64,000 bases of DNA from Podarcis muralis (Eukaryota), in NCBI RefSeq assembly GCF_964188315.1, contig NC_135659.1, positions 101,184,001 through 101,248,000 on the forward strand, given 5' to 3'. The notes under the pieces were generated by a model. It saw only the letters and a program-made list of their open reading frames with translations, did no database searches and was not told the DNA's origin. This document shows, piece after piece, positions 1 to 12,140 of this stretch. The translations under genes were made by a program, and so were the position numbers. Every line of letters starts with the position of its first letter. Within the stretch, counting starts at the first letter, position 1.

Positions 1-535
1 CCTCCCACAGTAGGTGGCCACCACCCTAGAAGCCTTAAAAGAAGATAATGAAGAGCTATCGAAGGCTGCTAGCCAGGACGGCTGTGCTCTGCCTCCCCCT
101 GGAAACCACAGGAAGGGGGAGAGTTGCTCTTGTGGTCAGATCCTGCATACTGGTTTCCCCTTGAGGCATCTGCTTGGCCACTGTGAGAACAGGATGCTGG
201 ATTAGACGGGCCATTGTCCTGATCCAGCCAGCTCTTCTTATCTATTCTGCCCAGTGGGAATGAGCCACCCTAACTCCTTGCTGGACCTTCCAGCCCTGCT
301 CCCAAAGCATCCTCAGCCACCATGGGCTCCTCTATTGCTGCCATGGGCTCCCTCCCACCCCTTCCAACCATGCCACCATGATGCCAACTTAGTTGCCAGC
401 ACCCTTCAGCAGTCCAGCCTTGTCCCTGAAGCAGCTTGCCACCTCTCTCAGCCCTGCTCAGAGGCGCCCCTGGGGACTTGCTCCCCCAAAGCAGCAACCA
501 AGGAGGAGTCGGGGGCCAATTGGAGGCAGGCGTAC

Positions 536-824
536 CTGAGCGTGCCACTGAATCCGGCATGCATGCGGGCGATGGAGGCATTGCAGCTGAAGTTGGAGAT
601 CTTGAGGCGGCCGCTGTTGTCCTTGGAGAGCTCCAGCTGAGTGTGGATGTGGACCCCTTCCGCCGAAGTGTTAATGGAGCCAATGTCATAGCTGGGGCGG
701 AAAGGGTTAAAAGTAGGCATGGGAGTGGGAAGGCTGACTCTCCAGGCGTCCCACAGGAGGCCAACCCCCAAGTCATCATATTTTGCTGGAAGCCACCCAG
801 AGTGGCTGGGGCATAAAGAATTAA

Positions 825-861
<37 letters not shown>

Positions 862-3434
862 GGCCAGCAGCCACACAATTCAGCCACAAAGGGAGCCCAC
901 CACAGGGCACTTGGAAGCCCAGGCCCAGCTTTCAATGCCAGGATCAGGCCAGGGTCTCAGCAGAGAGAGCGCTGAGGACCAGGCTGGGAGGGCACCATTG
1001 GCCCATTAGACCAGGCACCCCCAACCTGCGGCCCTTCTGATATTTTGGCCTACAACTCCCATGATCCCTAGCTAAGAGGACCAGTCATCAGGGATGATGG
1101 GAACTGTAGTCCAAAACATCTGGAGGGCCGAAGGTTGAGGATGCCTGCATTAGACAAAGGTTTCTGTGGGAGATTGCAGTCAAATATAATAATGCATAAA
1201 TACTAGTTAGTGCATGAAGGGGTTAAGACTACAGAGTCCTTTTCCTAGACTCAGCTAGGTCACGCCTCCTCTTCTCTGAAGAGGGAGGAAGTTAAGCCTT
1301 CTCTTTCTGTTCCCTCTCTTTCTGTGCCATATAACTGACCAAGGAAGACGTGCCTAAGCAAACTCCAAGCTTAGAGCCCGTGCGATTGAAGCAAACTTTC
1401 TGCATTTTCTACCCAACAGTATTCTGCCTGTGCTCTCTTTGCCGCTGCTTGGATAAATGCATTAATCCAACTTTTGGAACATTTTGTAAGTAAAGCATTT
1501 TAAACTTACTTAACAGTGGTCTGTTCATTGCAAAGGGGTAGAAAGAGGGGGGTGCTTTGCAAACAGACTAAACGAGATATGCAAGCAGCTTATATTCCTC
1601 TCTCTTGACTTTGCGAGTTTAAACTCTGCAACTGGGGGCTCTCCCTTGCTGGAAGGCGAGCTTAGCCCCACACTTTGATTCCAGGCACCCACTCAATTCT
1701 TTTGTGATTTACCCCACACACGTGGGTCACAGGGATTCATATTTGCCCCATTCCCCTGCATGATACATGCTATCCAGGCAGACTCATCAAACTGTAGAAC
1801 TGCAAGGCCAGCTAGTCCAACGCTTTGCAATGCATGAATCCCAGTTAAGAAGAGGTGTTGCCACTTCAGGGCTCACAGCTCCCTTGCAAGGACCCTCTGC
1901 CTCTGGTGGGAAGGAGCTGGCTCCCTGGGGGCTTAAGTAATAATTTATTATTTATACCCTGGGCGGCTTCCAACAAAGTATTAAAATACAGTACAGTGGT
2001 ACCTCGCAAGATGAATGCCTCACAAGACGGAAAACTCGCAAAACGAAAGGGTTTTTGGTTTTTTGAGTTGCTTCGCAAGACGAATTTCCCTATGGGCTTG
2101 CTTCGCAAGACGGAAACGTCTTGCAAGTTTGTTTCCTTTTTCTTAACACCGTTATTACAGTTGCTACTTGACTTTGAGGAGCAACTCATAGAACACGGTG
2201 TGGTAGCCTTTTTTGAGGTTTTTGAAGACTTTGGTGATTTTTGAAGCTTTTCCAAAACTTTCCCGAAACCGTGCTTCGCAAGACGAATTAATTTCGTCTT
2301 GCGAGGCACCACTGTAGTCTGTTAAACATTAAAAGCTTCCTTAAAGAGGGATGCCTTTAGATGTCTTCTAAAAGTCTGGTAGTTGTTCTTCTCTTTGACA
2401 TCTGGTGGGAGGGCATTCCACAGGGCGGGTGCCACCACTGAGAAGGCCCTCTGCCTGGTTCCTTGTAACCTCGCTTCTCACAGGGAGGGAACCGCCAGAA
2501 GGTCCTCGGCGCTGGACCTCAGTGCCCGGGCAGAACTTCAGGTATACTTGTCTGAGGCTTAGTTACCCCCCCCCCAGCCGGCCTCCTTCAAGGCTCCCTG
2601 TTTGGGCTGGTGTGAGAGTAGAATGCGAGTGACTCACAAGAACCAGTAGAGCAGCTGGCGGCGGAAGCGCAGGCTGATGGACCCGTTGTTGATGTTGAAG
2701 GCCAGGTGTTGCTTGGGCTCAAAGCGCAGGTCGGAGGCGGACAGGTGGAGATGGGTCACTCTCACCCTGCGGGGAGAGGGAGAGACGCAGCCTGGTACTG
2801 AATTGCAGAGTTACAGCCTGCAACTAAACTATGGAACTCCTTGCCACAGGAGGCGACCACCAACCCAGGGTGGGCGATTGGTCCCTGGCCAAGCACAGCA
2901 TCTTCTAAGCTAGGAAGCAAAGCCCCTGTGGGGCAGGGCCCCCCCCAAAAAATAAACTCACTTGCTGATGTTGTAGTGGAACTGGCCCTCCTTGCCGTGG
3001 AAATCAGCGATGGTGATGTTCTCCAACTCCTGTTCCACAAAGCGGAGCCCCTCCTGCTTCACTGCAAAAGCCCCCAGAGGGGTGTCACCGCCAGCTGCTC
3101 CCCTCACAAACCCAGGAGGGGGGTCAAGCAGCCACCCACATCCCTTGGGGCCAGGAGGTGCCGGCAAAGAGACCCACCAAGACCCCTTTGGCAGGCAGAA
3201 TGGGGCAGGACCCCAAGGCCAGAGGTGTCCTTGGCAGGAGCAGTGCTGGGGACCAGGCAGGTACCCCAAAGAGAACCGCTTTGCAGGATCCCCTCCCCTT
3301 GCCCCCGCCTCCTTACCCAGGTCCAAGCCCTTGGCTGTCATCCTGATCTTGAAGCCTGGAGTGGCAGCGGCAGCCGCTGTGCCCAAGAAGGGCAGCAGGA
3401 GGAGGAAGGGGAGAAGAGAGTGGCACAGGACCAT
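536..3434 (-). CDS. PLTP: Phospholipid transfer protein, first four coding exons; the gene continues beyond the left edge
   Basis: Exons 3434-3317 (GCCACCATGG Kozak; MVLCHSLLPFLLLLPFLGTAAAAATPGFKIRMTAKGLDL), 3061-2962 (VKQEGLRFVEQELENITIADFHGKEGQFHYNISK), 2766-2638 (VRVTHLHLSASDLRFEPKQHLAFNINNGSISLRFRRQLLYWFF), 691-536 (YDIGSINTSAEGVHIHTQLELSKDNSGRLKISNFSCNASIARMHAGFSGTLR). All GT-AG with compatible phases; matches recalled PLTP motifs VKQEGLRFLEQEL and LRFRRQLLYWFFYDGGYINASAEG; lies next to PCIF1 as in mammals. Confidence 0.96.
825..860 (+). repeat. (GAT)n microsatellite in a PLTP intron
   Basis: About 12 GAT units; it produces the poly-H, poly-M, poly-D and poly-S ORFs in the track. Confidence 0.95.
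1166..1600 (+). mobile_element. Possible solo LTR or LTR-element fragment
   Basis: Starts TGTGGGG and has a U3/R/U5-like composition with TGTAAGTAAA near 1485; boundaries and TSD not resolved. Confidence 0.35.
1994..2314. mobile_element. Tc1/mariner (Tigger-like) MITE nested in an L2 3' end
   Basis: TIRs CAGTGGTACCTCGCAAGA ... TCTTGCGAGGCACCACTG with TA duplication at 1992-93 and 2315-16; minus-strand L2 3' sequence continues on both sides (about 1940-1990 and 2317-2525). Confidence 0.9.
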
Positions 3435-4680
3435 GGTGGCACTTGCCCTGCAAGAGGTGGCAGAGGAGAGCAAGTCGTTGGCCCCAGAACATAGTTCATG
3501 CAGGAGCACATCGTTAAACTGTGGAACTCCCTCCCACAGGACTGGACAAAACCGATTCTCTTACGACACGATTCAAGAAAGCTCTATGTGCTTTAACCGT
3601 TTCATACCACAAATACGTTGTAGATTCTGGGGCTACATTTCATCTTTGATGCATGCCAACCAAAACTACTGTCATGGCCTTCAAGGTCTAAAACATCAGT
3701 ATTTTTTAATAATATCCATTCCCTTGGGCTCAAATCCCACTTGCAGGTTTCGCATTGGGTATTGGGAGGACAGGGGGCTGGACCAGATGGGCCCTCTTTG
3801 GCCTGATCCAGCTGTAGGTCCATGGGCAGCCGCTCCCTCTCCTTCCCCGCCCCCCCTCCCTGGCAAGGGATGTGTGCCAGGGGCTGCGTAGGACACAGAA
3901 GTGGCACCAGTCCCTCCCACAGTGCTGAGAGCCAGTGATTTGATGGGCACTTGGCCATCTTGAGCGCTATTCACTGCGCACAGTCCTCTGAGGAAACCCT
4001 CCTCCACATTACAGGCAGAAACCTCAGCTCCTCGGCACTGGGGGGGGGGCAGGGGGGGATCTGGATGCAACTGGCTCTGTGTCAGTCTAAGACGAGAACT
4101 TCCTGGGCCCAATTCAAGGTGCTCAGCTGGAGGTGAAAGTCCCTGACTGACCTGGGGCCCCAATTCCCGAGACAACGCCGCCTCCCGCCCCCACCTGCCC
4201 AGGCGCTGTGATCCTCGGCTGGGACTCTTCTGGGGGGGTCTCCATACTAAACTGCGGGTGGGGCCTGTGGGACAGAGCCTTTTTGGTGGGGGCTCTGTGC
4301 CTATCAAATGACCTCCCCAGTGAAGTGTTTCTCCTCCCAACCTTATCTTCTTTTAGGTGCCTGGTTTAAAAAAGAACTTTTTTCTAATGTTCTTAAAGGC
4401 TGGAGTGTGGATGATGTTCTTTATGGGGCAAGGTAATTTGAATGTTTCTATGTCTTTATGTGATCTATGGGCTACTTTAAAAATGAGACTGCACTTTAAA
4501 TTGCATTTTAACCTGTATTTTAAATTGGGTCTCCCCCCCCCCCATTATGTTTTTACTGTAATTTTTACTGGTGTTAGCTGCCCTGAGCCCGGCTCTGGCT
4601 GGGGAGGGCAGGGTAAAAATAAAATTTATTATTATTATTGCACATTACACTTTTACAGGATTTATTTTTTGAAATTGTTT

Positions 4681-4828
4681 ACCGTATTTTTCCATGTATA
4701 ACACGACCCCTCTTTTGGGGGACTCAAATTTATGAAAATGGATGACCCCTACGTATAAGACGGCCCCCGTTTTTTCACATTATTTTAGAGTAAAGAAACC
4801 TAGTCTTATACACAGAAAAGGACAGTAT
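4681..4828. mobile_element. Short Tc1/mariner (Tc2-like) MITE
   Basis: Imperfect TIRs (T)ACCGTATTTTTCCATGTATAA ... TTATACACAGAAAAGGACAGTA; a related end occurs at about 8677. Confidence 0.6.
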
Positions 4829-5949
4829 TTCTTGAATTTATCTCCTTCCTTGAAGAGGACAGATGGCCGTCTGTCCTGGAGGCTTCAGCTGAGATTCCTC
4901 CATTGCAGGGGGTGGGACTGGATGACCCTCGGGGTCCCTTCCAACTCTACCATTCTAGGGTTCTGGGGTTTTGTCTCCCACTCCTCCTCTAGGAGGTGCC
5001 TTGTTTTTGCAACAATTTTTCGTGAAGTGCTGGAGGGACACCAGTCAGTCCACAAGTGAAGAAAGACCCAAAGCTCCTTTTGCCCAGAGTGCCCGTCCGA
5101 TGGGTCACGCTGAGAGGACTGGAGAAGACAGGCCTTTGGGTCAGAGCTGGTGGGGGACTCCCTGGGCATTTTCTTCAGGGCATGCCAGCGGCTTGTGTGG
5201 TTTCAGATGGTCACACTCCTGCATTGCAGAGGGTTGGACTACATGGCCTTTGGGGTCCCCTCCAACTTCACAGTTCTAAAATCCTAAGCTTTTTAAAGAC
5301 TGACCGGAGGCCGGACCCAGTTCATGGGGGGAGGATCAGAGGGGTCCTTGCTGGGAAGGAAGAAGGATCCTCTCTTGACCTCAGCCGGAGCTTCTAGACG
5401 GGACCCCACCAAGCGCCCCTTTCTCTTCTAAGGAAAAGGGAGGCTCCTCCTCCAGCAGCTGCTATCCCTGAGCGCTCAGCAGAGCCTCCATGGTCAGAGG
5501 CAGTTATCCCCTAATTTCCACAGGACGGGCAATACGCACCAGGGACGCAAACGTCTGGCCAACGGGGCTGTGGAGATCTGGCCGCTGGCCTAGAGGGCTC
5601 TGCGAGGGAGGGGGCAGTCCAGCCTGCGGACTCTTTCTTATGCTTGTCCTTTGTGTGTGTGGCGGAGGGGGGGGTCTGGCGAGCTGCTGGAAGATCAGGA
5701 GTTTGAGGTCAGGCTGGGGCCAGAGTTTTCCAGCGGCTCCCTTCGGGCTCACTTCTCCTCCACTTGGGCGCAGCATCGCCCACTGCGCGGGAGCGAGACT
5801 GGGGGTCGCCCCCCAAGAAAGAGGAGCTCCACCGGGCAGTCCCGGGGATGGGGGGCAGCTCTCTCCAGCAGCCCCCTGAGTTTCCCCCACCCCAACTCGG
5901 GCTGCCTGGTCCCTGAGCCGGAGCACCCCCCCTCCAAGCCAGACCCGTA

Positions 5950-7050
5950 CCCGGGGGCTTAGACGAGCCTGGCCTTTGCTCCCTACCCAGCCCCTCGCAA
6001 CTGCCCCCGTCCCCGAGATCCCGGGGCGCTGCGGGTGGGGTGCCAGGCTCCCGCACCCCTCGACGCCCCCCCTCTCCATGCCCCCTGCTGGGAAGGGGCC
6101 GCTGCAAACGCGCCGCCGCCGCCTCCTCCTTCCCCCCATCGCGGGCAGGTCTGGGCCGGTCGTGCCCGCTGCAGACGCCCGGAGGCTCCTCGCCAGACGC
6201 GCATCACGAGCCCCGGCTCCGCGCTTCCCCTTTGTCTCTTCCTCGCGGGGAAGGGAAGGCTCTCCCTCGCACACGCGAGTTGCCCGCGACCGTGTGAAGG
6301 CGGCGGCGGGGACCCAACGCTCCTTTCTCCCCCGCCCCTCCCGCTGCAGAGATCTCGTGACTTGCGGACGAAGCCCGCTAACTCCCCTCTGTCCCCCCGA
6401 AGCCCTGGCCAAGCCAGCAGCCTCCCGGCGCATCACCGCGCGCGCGCGATGGAGAGAGGGGAGATGGGGGTGGTCGCTTCCCAGCCGATGCTTCCACCCC
6501 CCCGCCACCGGAGCGTGCTTGCAGGGCCAGCTGGAGTTGGGGGGTCCTCGCCTGCCCCCCACCCAAGGAGGGGTTCCCCGGGAGGCTGGTGGAGGAGGGT
6601 CCTGCAAGCGGGGGAAGCGGCCCCCCTCTCCAGCCCTTCTCTGCAACCGGGAGAGAGGCACCTCCGCCCCGCGCGGCGCCGCGCACTTGCCGGCTGCGCT
6701 GGTCCCTCGGCGGCGTCTGCTCCGACCTCTCCTCGCCCCGCGTCCCGGCTTGCCCGCCTGCGCGCCCGCCCGGCTCCTTTATACTCCCTCCTGGCGCTTC
6801 CTCGCCCGCCCCAGCGGAGGAGGGGACAGCCCGGGCGGGAGAGGCGAGGCCACTCGGGGCCGGGCAGGCAGGCAGGCAGGCAGGCGAGGGAACGGGGCGC
6901 AGTTGCTCCGGGGTTGGCGCCCCGGGATGTGCAGAACAGGAGCCTCGCTGCGCGCATCCCTCGCCGCGCCCTGAGGAGCTGGCCTGGAGGCTCTCCGGAC
7001 CGCGCCTGGCTTGCCCCACCGGCGCCTGCTTCGCCCCGGAATGAGCGCTG
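5950..7050 (-). promoter_or_regulatory. PLTP: CpG island; likely PLTP promoter and non-coding first exon
   Basis: CpG-dense stretch about 3.3 kb upstream of the PLTP ATG; minus-strand TATAAA at 6783-6778; candidate donor CG|GCAAGT at 6690/6689. Confidence 0.65.
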
Positions 7051-7404
7051 GGAGGCCAGCGTTGTCAGCTCTGGCCGGCAGCAGCTCTCAGTCCCAGAAG
7101 GGCCTCCTTTCCACCGCCTGGCCCTCCTGCCTGCTGGAGCTGAGCAATCACCTTCTTGCCCCTTCCCTTCCCAAAGCGCCTTGGGGGGTCTCTCTGACTG
7201 GGTTATCTTCACAACATCCCTCTAGGCTGGCTCAGCCTAAGCCAAGGTCGCCCACAGAGCAGGGAACAGGCCCTTGCTCTGCCCCCCCCCCCCCGCTCCA
7301 TCAGGAGAGCCCTTTCTGGACAAAAGAAAGACACTGGGATTTGCTGTGTGAAAAATGAGTTGCTTCTTGCATTCCTATCCCAACTTTTTCTTCCAGGCAG
7401 TCTA

Positions 7405-7555
7405 CATGATTCTTCTTCCCCTCCTCATTCAGTCCTCACAACAGCCCTGTGAGGTAGGCTAGGCTGAGAGGCAGTGGCTGGCCAGTGAGCTTCATGGCTG
7501 AGTGGGGATTTGAACCCAGGTCTCTTCCAGGACCTAATCTGGGTCTCACTTTTGA
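7405..7555 (-). mobile_element. tRNA-derived (MIR/Squam-like) SINE fragment
   Basis: CCTCACAACAGCCCTGTGAGGTAGGCTAGGCTGAGAGGCAG core and a reverse B-box GATTTGAACCC; related copies at about 8535-8675 (+), 39400-39550, 41950-42100, 52740-52890 and 54240-54370. Confidence 0.7.
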
Positions 7556-10000
7556 TGCCGGGAGAAGCAGAGCCCAAAGAGGCACCAATTTAGAGCACAG
7601 GAAGTCACATGGCAGAGAATCAGGCCCCCACCCACAGGGGAATTGAGGCAGGGGTCTTTCTCTTGCTCTCCCAATCTGGAGGTGCTTGAGATTTAATCCG
7701 GAGCCTCTTGCAGGGTCAACCATTGAGCTTCTCCAGTTCAGCTTGCACCATTTGGACACCAATTCCTGCCTCCCCTCCAATTGCACCTTCTGAATCGGGT
7801 TGCAAGGCTGGCCTGGCTATTTTTCCTTTTGTGGGCTGGAGTGGCCTAACTGCTCGGACATTGGGACATCAGTGTGACTCAGCCATCCTGACGGGGTCCA
7901 TAGCCTTCTCTGGGTTCAGAGAAAGCAGCAGACTCCTCTCCTGGCCACATCTTCCCAGGGCGCTCAGCTCCTCAGGTGACCTGGCAGACCCACAGAGGAA
8001 GGCCTTGAAGGGTCCCTGGAGCCCTGGGGAGTTCCAGACACGAGGTGTGGGAGGGTGTTACTTAGGAGTAGCCGGACTACAGCATGGGAAGGGCATGAGA
8101 GAGGACAGTGAAGGGCCGGGGTCCTCGTGGGTTGAGTCCCTGTGCTTCCTGCCCACCCACCCCTTTTCCTGCTTCCAAGCTGGGTCCCACAGGTTTTGCT
8201 CCTGGGGGAGGAGGGGGACCTCAGCAGTGCCCCCCCAACCCTGCCGCTAGCTGGGCTTGGCCCTCCTGCGCTTTGATGAAGGCCACATTGAAGGGGGGGG
8301 GGAGCCCTGTGTGTTTCCACAGCAGGTTGCTTCCCTCCTGCCATTGAAACCACTTATCAAAGCAGCTTCCTCAAAGAGCCTGCCTTCCTTCCTGTCGCCT
8401 CCCAGGCTTCTGATGCGACTGCAAGCACGTCTCCCAGCATGGAAGAAGCCGCAAAGGGCCGGCTCTCTGCCTTCCAGCGGCAAGTCAGCACATAAGGCTG
8501 GATCAGGCCAATGGCCCATCTACTTCTAGAAACCAGCATGGCGTCGTGGTTAGAGTGTCAGGCTAGGGCTCAGGTCAGCAGAGACTAGGGTTCAAATCCT
8601 CACTTGGCCATGAAGCTGACTGAGGGCCTGTCATTGCCCCTCAGCCTAGCCTACCTCACAAGGCTGTTGTGGGGATTACCGTATTTTTCGCTCTATAAGA
8701 CGCACCTTTCCCCTCCTAAAAAGTAAGGGAAATGTGTGTGTGTGTTATGGAGTGAATGCAGACGGGAGGCTCTGTCATGCTCCCTTTAAAGAGCCGCGTG
8801 GAGCATCTGTGCGGCTCTTGGGGGCTTTTCCCCAAGGAGGGACAAGGGATGCCCACACACACTCTGCACGCTCTTTAAAGGAAGCACAGCTCTTGGGGGA
8901 GACTTAGCCACGGGCAGTCTCTCGCGGGCAAGGGATGATGGCTCCCCTTGCCTAGGAGAGGCTGCGCGCGGCCAAGCCAGAAGCCAGGACAGCGAGCCAT
9001 CATCCCCTGCCCGTGCCCATGATATGCTGCCAGTGCCCATGATATGTTTGGGCTGGTATCGGTCTCGTGAAGTTAGCCAAAGCAAAGGGAGCAGAGACTT
9101 TGCTGGTTCCATTATGGCAGTGGTGTGTGGTCAGTGGACTGGGGGACTAGGCCAGTCCCCTAAATGTTCCCAGTAAATTAGAGTATTAAAGTATTAAAGC
9201 CTGGCGCCTCCTTCCCAGTGCCCGGGAAGCTTCTGGCTGGCTTAGGGAGGGAGGAGTGATGCTCACGCGTGCAACGTCACAGGCACGACACCGACGCCCC
9301 CATTGCCCTCGCAAGCTGGCGCCTCTGGCCCTAACTGATCCCCTACGAAAAAATTCACCGCATACCACTGCATGATAGTCCACCTGAAAGGGAGGAGATG
9401 TCATGGGGGCAAACTGGGCTGGGAAACATGAAGGGCACCAAGCGGGCAACGAATGAGAGCAAGAAAGCAGGCCAGCTCCCCAGGCCCTGCAAAGAGCATC
9501 TCTCCCTGTTCTGCTTCTTCCTCATTTTGCTGCTAACCTTAAGAGACAACCCCATCATCCCTCCCAGACTGGAGGTTGGGGCGAAAGGCGTCACTGTGCG
9601 GCTCTGCATTCCAGAGATACCGCTTTGGAGTTTTCTGTGCTGAACATCCTGTGCCTCTGAAATGCTCCCAGGCTCAGCCTCCGATACCCGCCTTTCTGCT
9701 TGGCACCCAAATGCCAGCGCAGGTCCTTGCAGGAGCGACACACCTTTCCTGTGATTCACTGCGGAGGAGGCAATGGGGTGGGAAATCTGCAGGGCTTATC
9801 TTATCCCTCTTTTCTTTCTTTTTTTGCAGCCGGGGACAAAATAAGAAAGAACAGAGCCTCCTTTGAGGGCTCTTGTAGGTCACCATTATTCCCATTTTAC
9901 ACCTGGGGATAATTAAAATGCCTATCTGCCAGATCCAATCATGGAGTTGGAAGGGAACCCCAAGAGACATCTGTGTCCAGGGCAGCTGTCTCCCAGCTCC

Positions 10001-10645
10001 ATCTGGTACGCAGGATGAGACCCTCCCTGCCCGCAGACTGTCTCACCAGAGTGGTGCATGCTCTGGTTATCTCCCGCTTGGACTACTGCAATGCGCTCTA
10101 TGTAGGGCTACCTTTGAAGGTGATCCGGAAACTGCAACTAATCCAGAATGCGACAGCTAGACTGGGGACTGGGAGTGGCCACTGGGACCACATAACACCG
10201 ATTCTGAGAGATGTGCATTGGCTCCCAGTATGTTTCTGGGCACAATTCAGATTGTTGGTGCTGACCTTGAAAGCCCTAAATGGCCTCGGTCCAGTATCCC
10301 TGAAGGAGCGTCTCCACCCTCACTGTTCAGCCGGAACACTGAGGTCCAGCGCCGAGGGCCTTCTGGCAGTTCCCTCATTGCAAGAAGCAAAGCTACAGGG
10401 AACCACGCAGAGGGCCTTCTTGGCAGTAGCACTCGCCCTGTGGTACTCCCTCCCACCAGATGTTAAAGAGATAAACAACAACCTGACATTTAGAAAACAT
10501 CTGATGGCAGCCCTGTTCAGGGAAGTTTTTAATGTGTGACATTTTGATGTATTTTAAATCTTTGTTGGAAGCCGCCCAGAGTGGCTGGGGAAACCCAGCT
10601 AGATGGGCGGGGTAAAAATAATAATAAATAATATTAATAATTATT
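10001..10645 (+). mobile_element. L2 LINE, 5'-truncated ORF2 C-terminus plus 3' tail
   Basis: ORF 9973-10539 with HALVISRLDYCNALYVGLP..KLQLIQNA, typical of L2 ORF2; ends in an (ATA/TTA)-rich tail; close copies at 18429 and 51428. Confidence 0.92.
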
Positions 10646-11280
10646 ATCTAGCCCACCCCCTGCAATGCAGGAATCACCATCCCTGGTCCCAGTTTCATCC
10701 TGCCCTCATGGCACTATGGCTCTGCCTTTGTCCCCTGCCCCATCCCTCAGTGACCCTTCCGATGAGCCTGGAGGGGGGGAGAACGTGAAGAAGGGTTAAT
10801 GCTGGGAATCCCTTTCTTAGCATGTTTGGGACTGTGGCTCCGTGGCAGCAGGAAAGCAGCCCTGGCCTGGCCAGGCAATTGCCCCTTCTTCCTCTCTGTG
10901 CCTCTGACCACCAGCGGCTCCCTCCGCAACTAATCAGCTAATCTCTGCTAGTACTTTAAGCAACCCTGGAATTTGTTCTTGCAAGGGCTGTTATGCAACG
11001 ACATGTGCTTGCTTCAGCCGCAGAGTGTGTGGGTTTTGCAGGCAGGTGGTCCCCAGTTCAGTCCCCAATGGCATCTCCAGTGGGGGCTGGAGGGGGCTCC
11101 TTTGCCTGAAACCTGGGAGAGGAGCAGGCAATGCTGAAATGGCTGGACCACTGCTCCAACGCTGCGCAAGGCAGCTTCCTGAGCCTCCTGTGCTCTTGAA
11201 CAGTGTCTTGTTCTGAAGGGAGAGAAATGGGTTTGGCGGTTTATAAGTTCCCCTCTCTGCCACTTTACTTCTCCACTGTG

Positions 11281-11527
11281 AGAGCCAGTGTGGTGTAGTG
11301 GTTCAGAGCGGTGGACTCGTAATCTGGGGAACCGGGTTCGCTTCCCCGCTCCTCCACATGCAGCTGCTGGGTGACCTTGGGCCAGTCACACTTCTCTGAA
11401 GTCTCTCAGCCCCACACACCTCACAGAGTGTTTGTTGTGGGGGAGGAAGGGAAAGGAGAATGTTAGCCGCTTTGAGACTCCTTAAAGGGAGTGAAAGGCG
11501 GGATATCAAATCCAAACTCTTCTTCTC
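11281..11527 (+). mobile_element. Near full-length tRNA-derived SINE (Squam3-like)
   Basis: A-box TGGTGTAGTGG, B-box GGTTCGCTTCCC and a TCTTCTTCT tail. Confidence 0.8.
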
Positions 11528-11814
11528 CAGCTCCTTTCACTAAGTTTTGAAGAGAAATGGGAGGCAGGGATGCCTGCTAACTTGGATGACTATTAAAGAG
11601 GGTTGGACAAAACAATGGAGTAGGAGAGGATGGCCATGCTCCTGTCTCCACAGTCAGAGGCAGCGATGTGTCTGAATCCCAGTTGCGGGAAACCGCAGGA
11701 GGGGAGAGTCGCTCTGGTGTTCAGGTCTTGTGTGCTTTTCCCATGTGGGAATCTGCTGGCCCCTGTGAGATTCAGCCGTCACCTTCTGTGCCAACTTTTA
11801 AATGCTTGCTGAAA

Positions 11815-12140
11815 ACTCCTATTAAGGACAATATGAATTAAAATGTAAAATACAATCAAGGTAACTAATTGTATCTGTAAATGAATATAGACAAACAAGA
11901 AGACATGTATATACAAAAAGATTTATTTGTATATAGACACTGTACGGATAAAGTTGAAAGAAGAACAACAATATACAAAATCGATAAAGACAATGCGACA
12001 AACTTAAGACTCGACATAAAAAAGCCAGAAGAAGGAAGGAGGGAAGTCAACTCTTAGGAGTAAATGTAAATGTAAATGTATTGTGTATATGTATAGTATG
12101 TAATCATAGAATCAATAAAGATTATCTTCAAAAAAAGAAA
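11815..12140 (+). mobile_element. L1-like LINE 3' end with AATAAA and A-rich tail
   Basis: A-rich strand bias; AATAAA at about 12113 followed by an A-run. Confidence 0.55.

Noticed and set aside
270-1040. Poly-His, poly-Met and poly-Asp ORFs
   Set aside because: Translations of the intronic (GAT)n microsatellite.
5504-7225. Long overlapping ORFs (259-396 aa) on both strands
   Set aside because: Stop-poor CpG island producing low-complexity G/P/R/A peptides with no domain; this is the PLTP promoter region.
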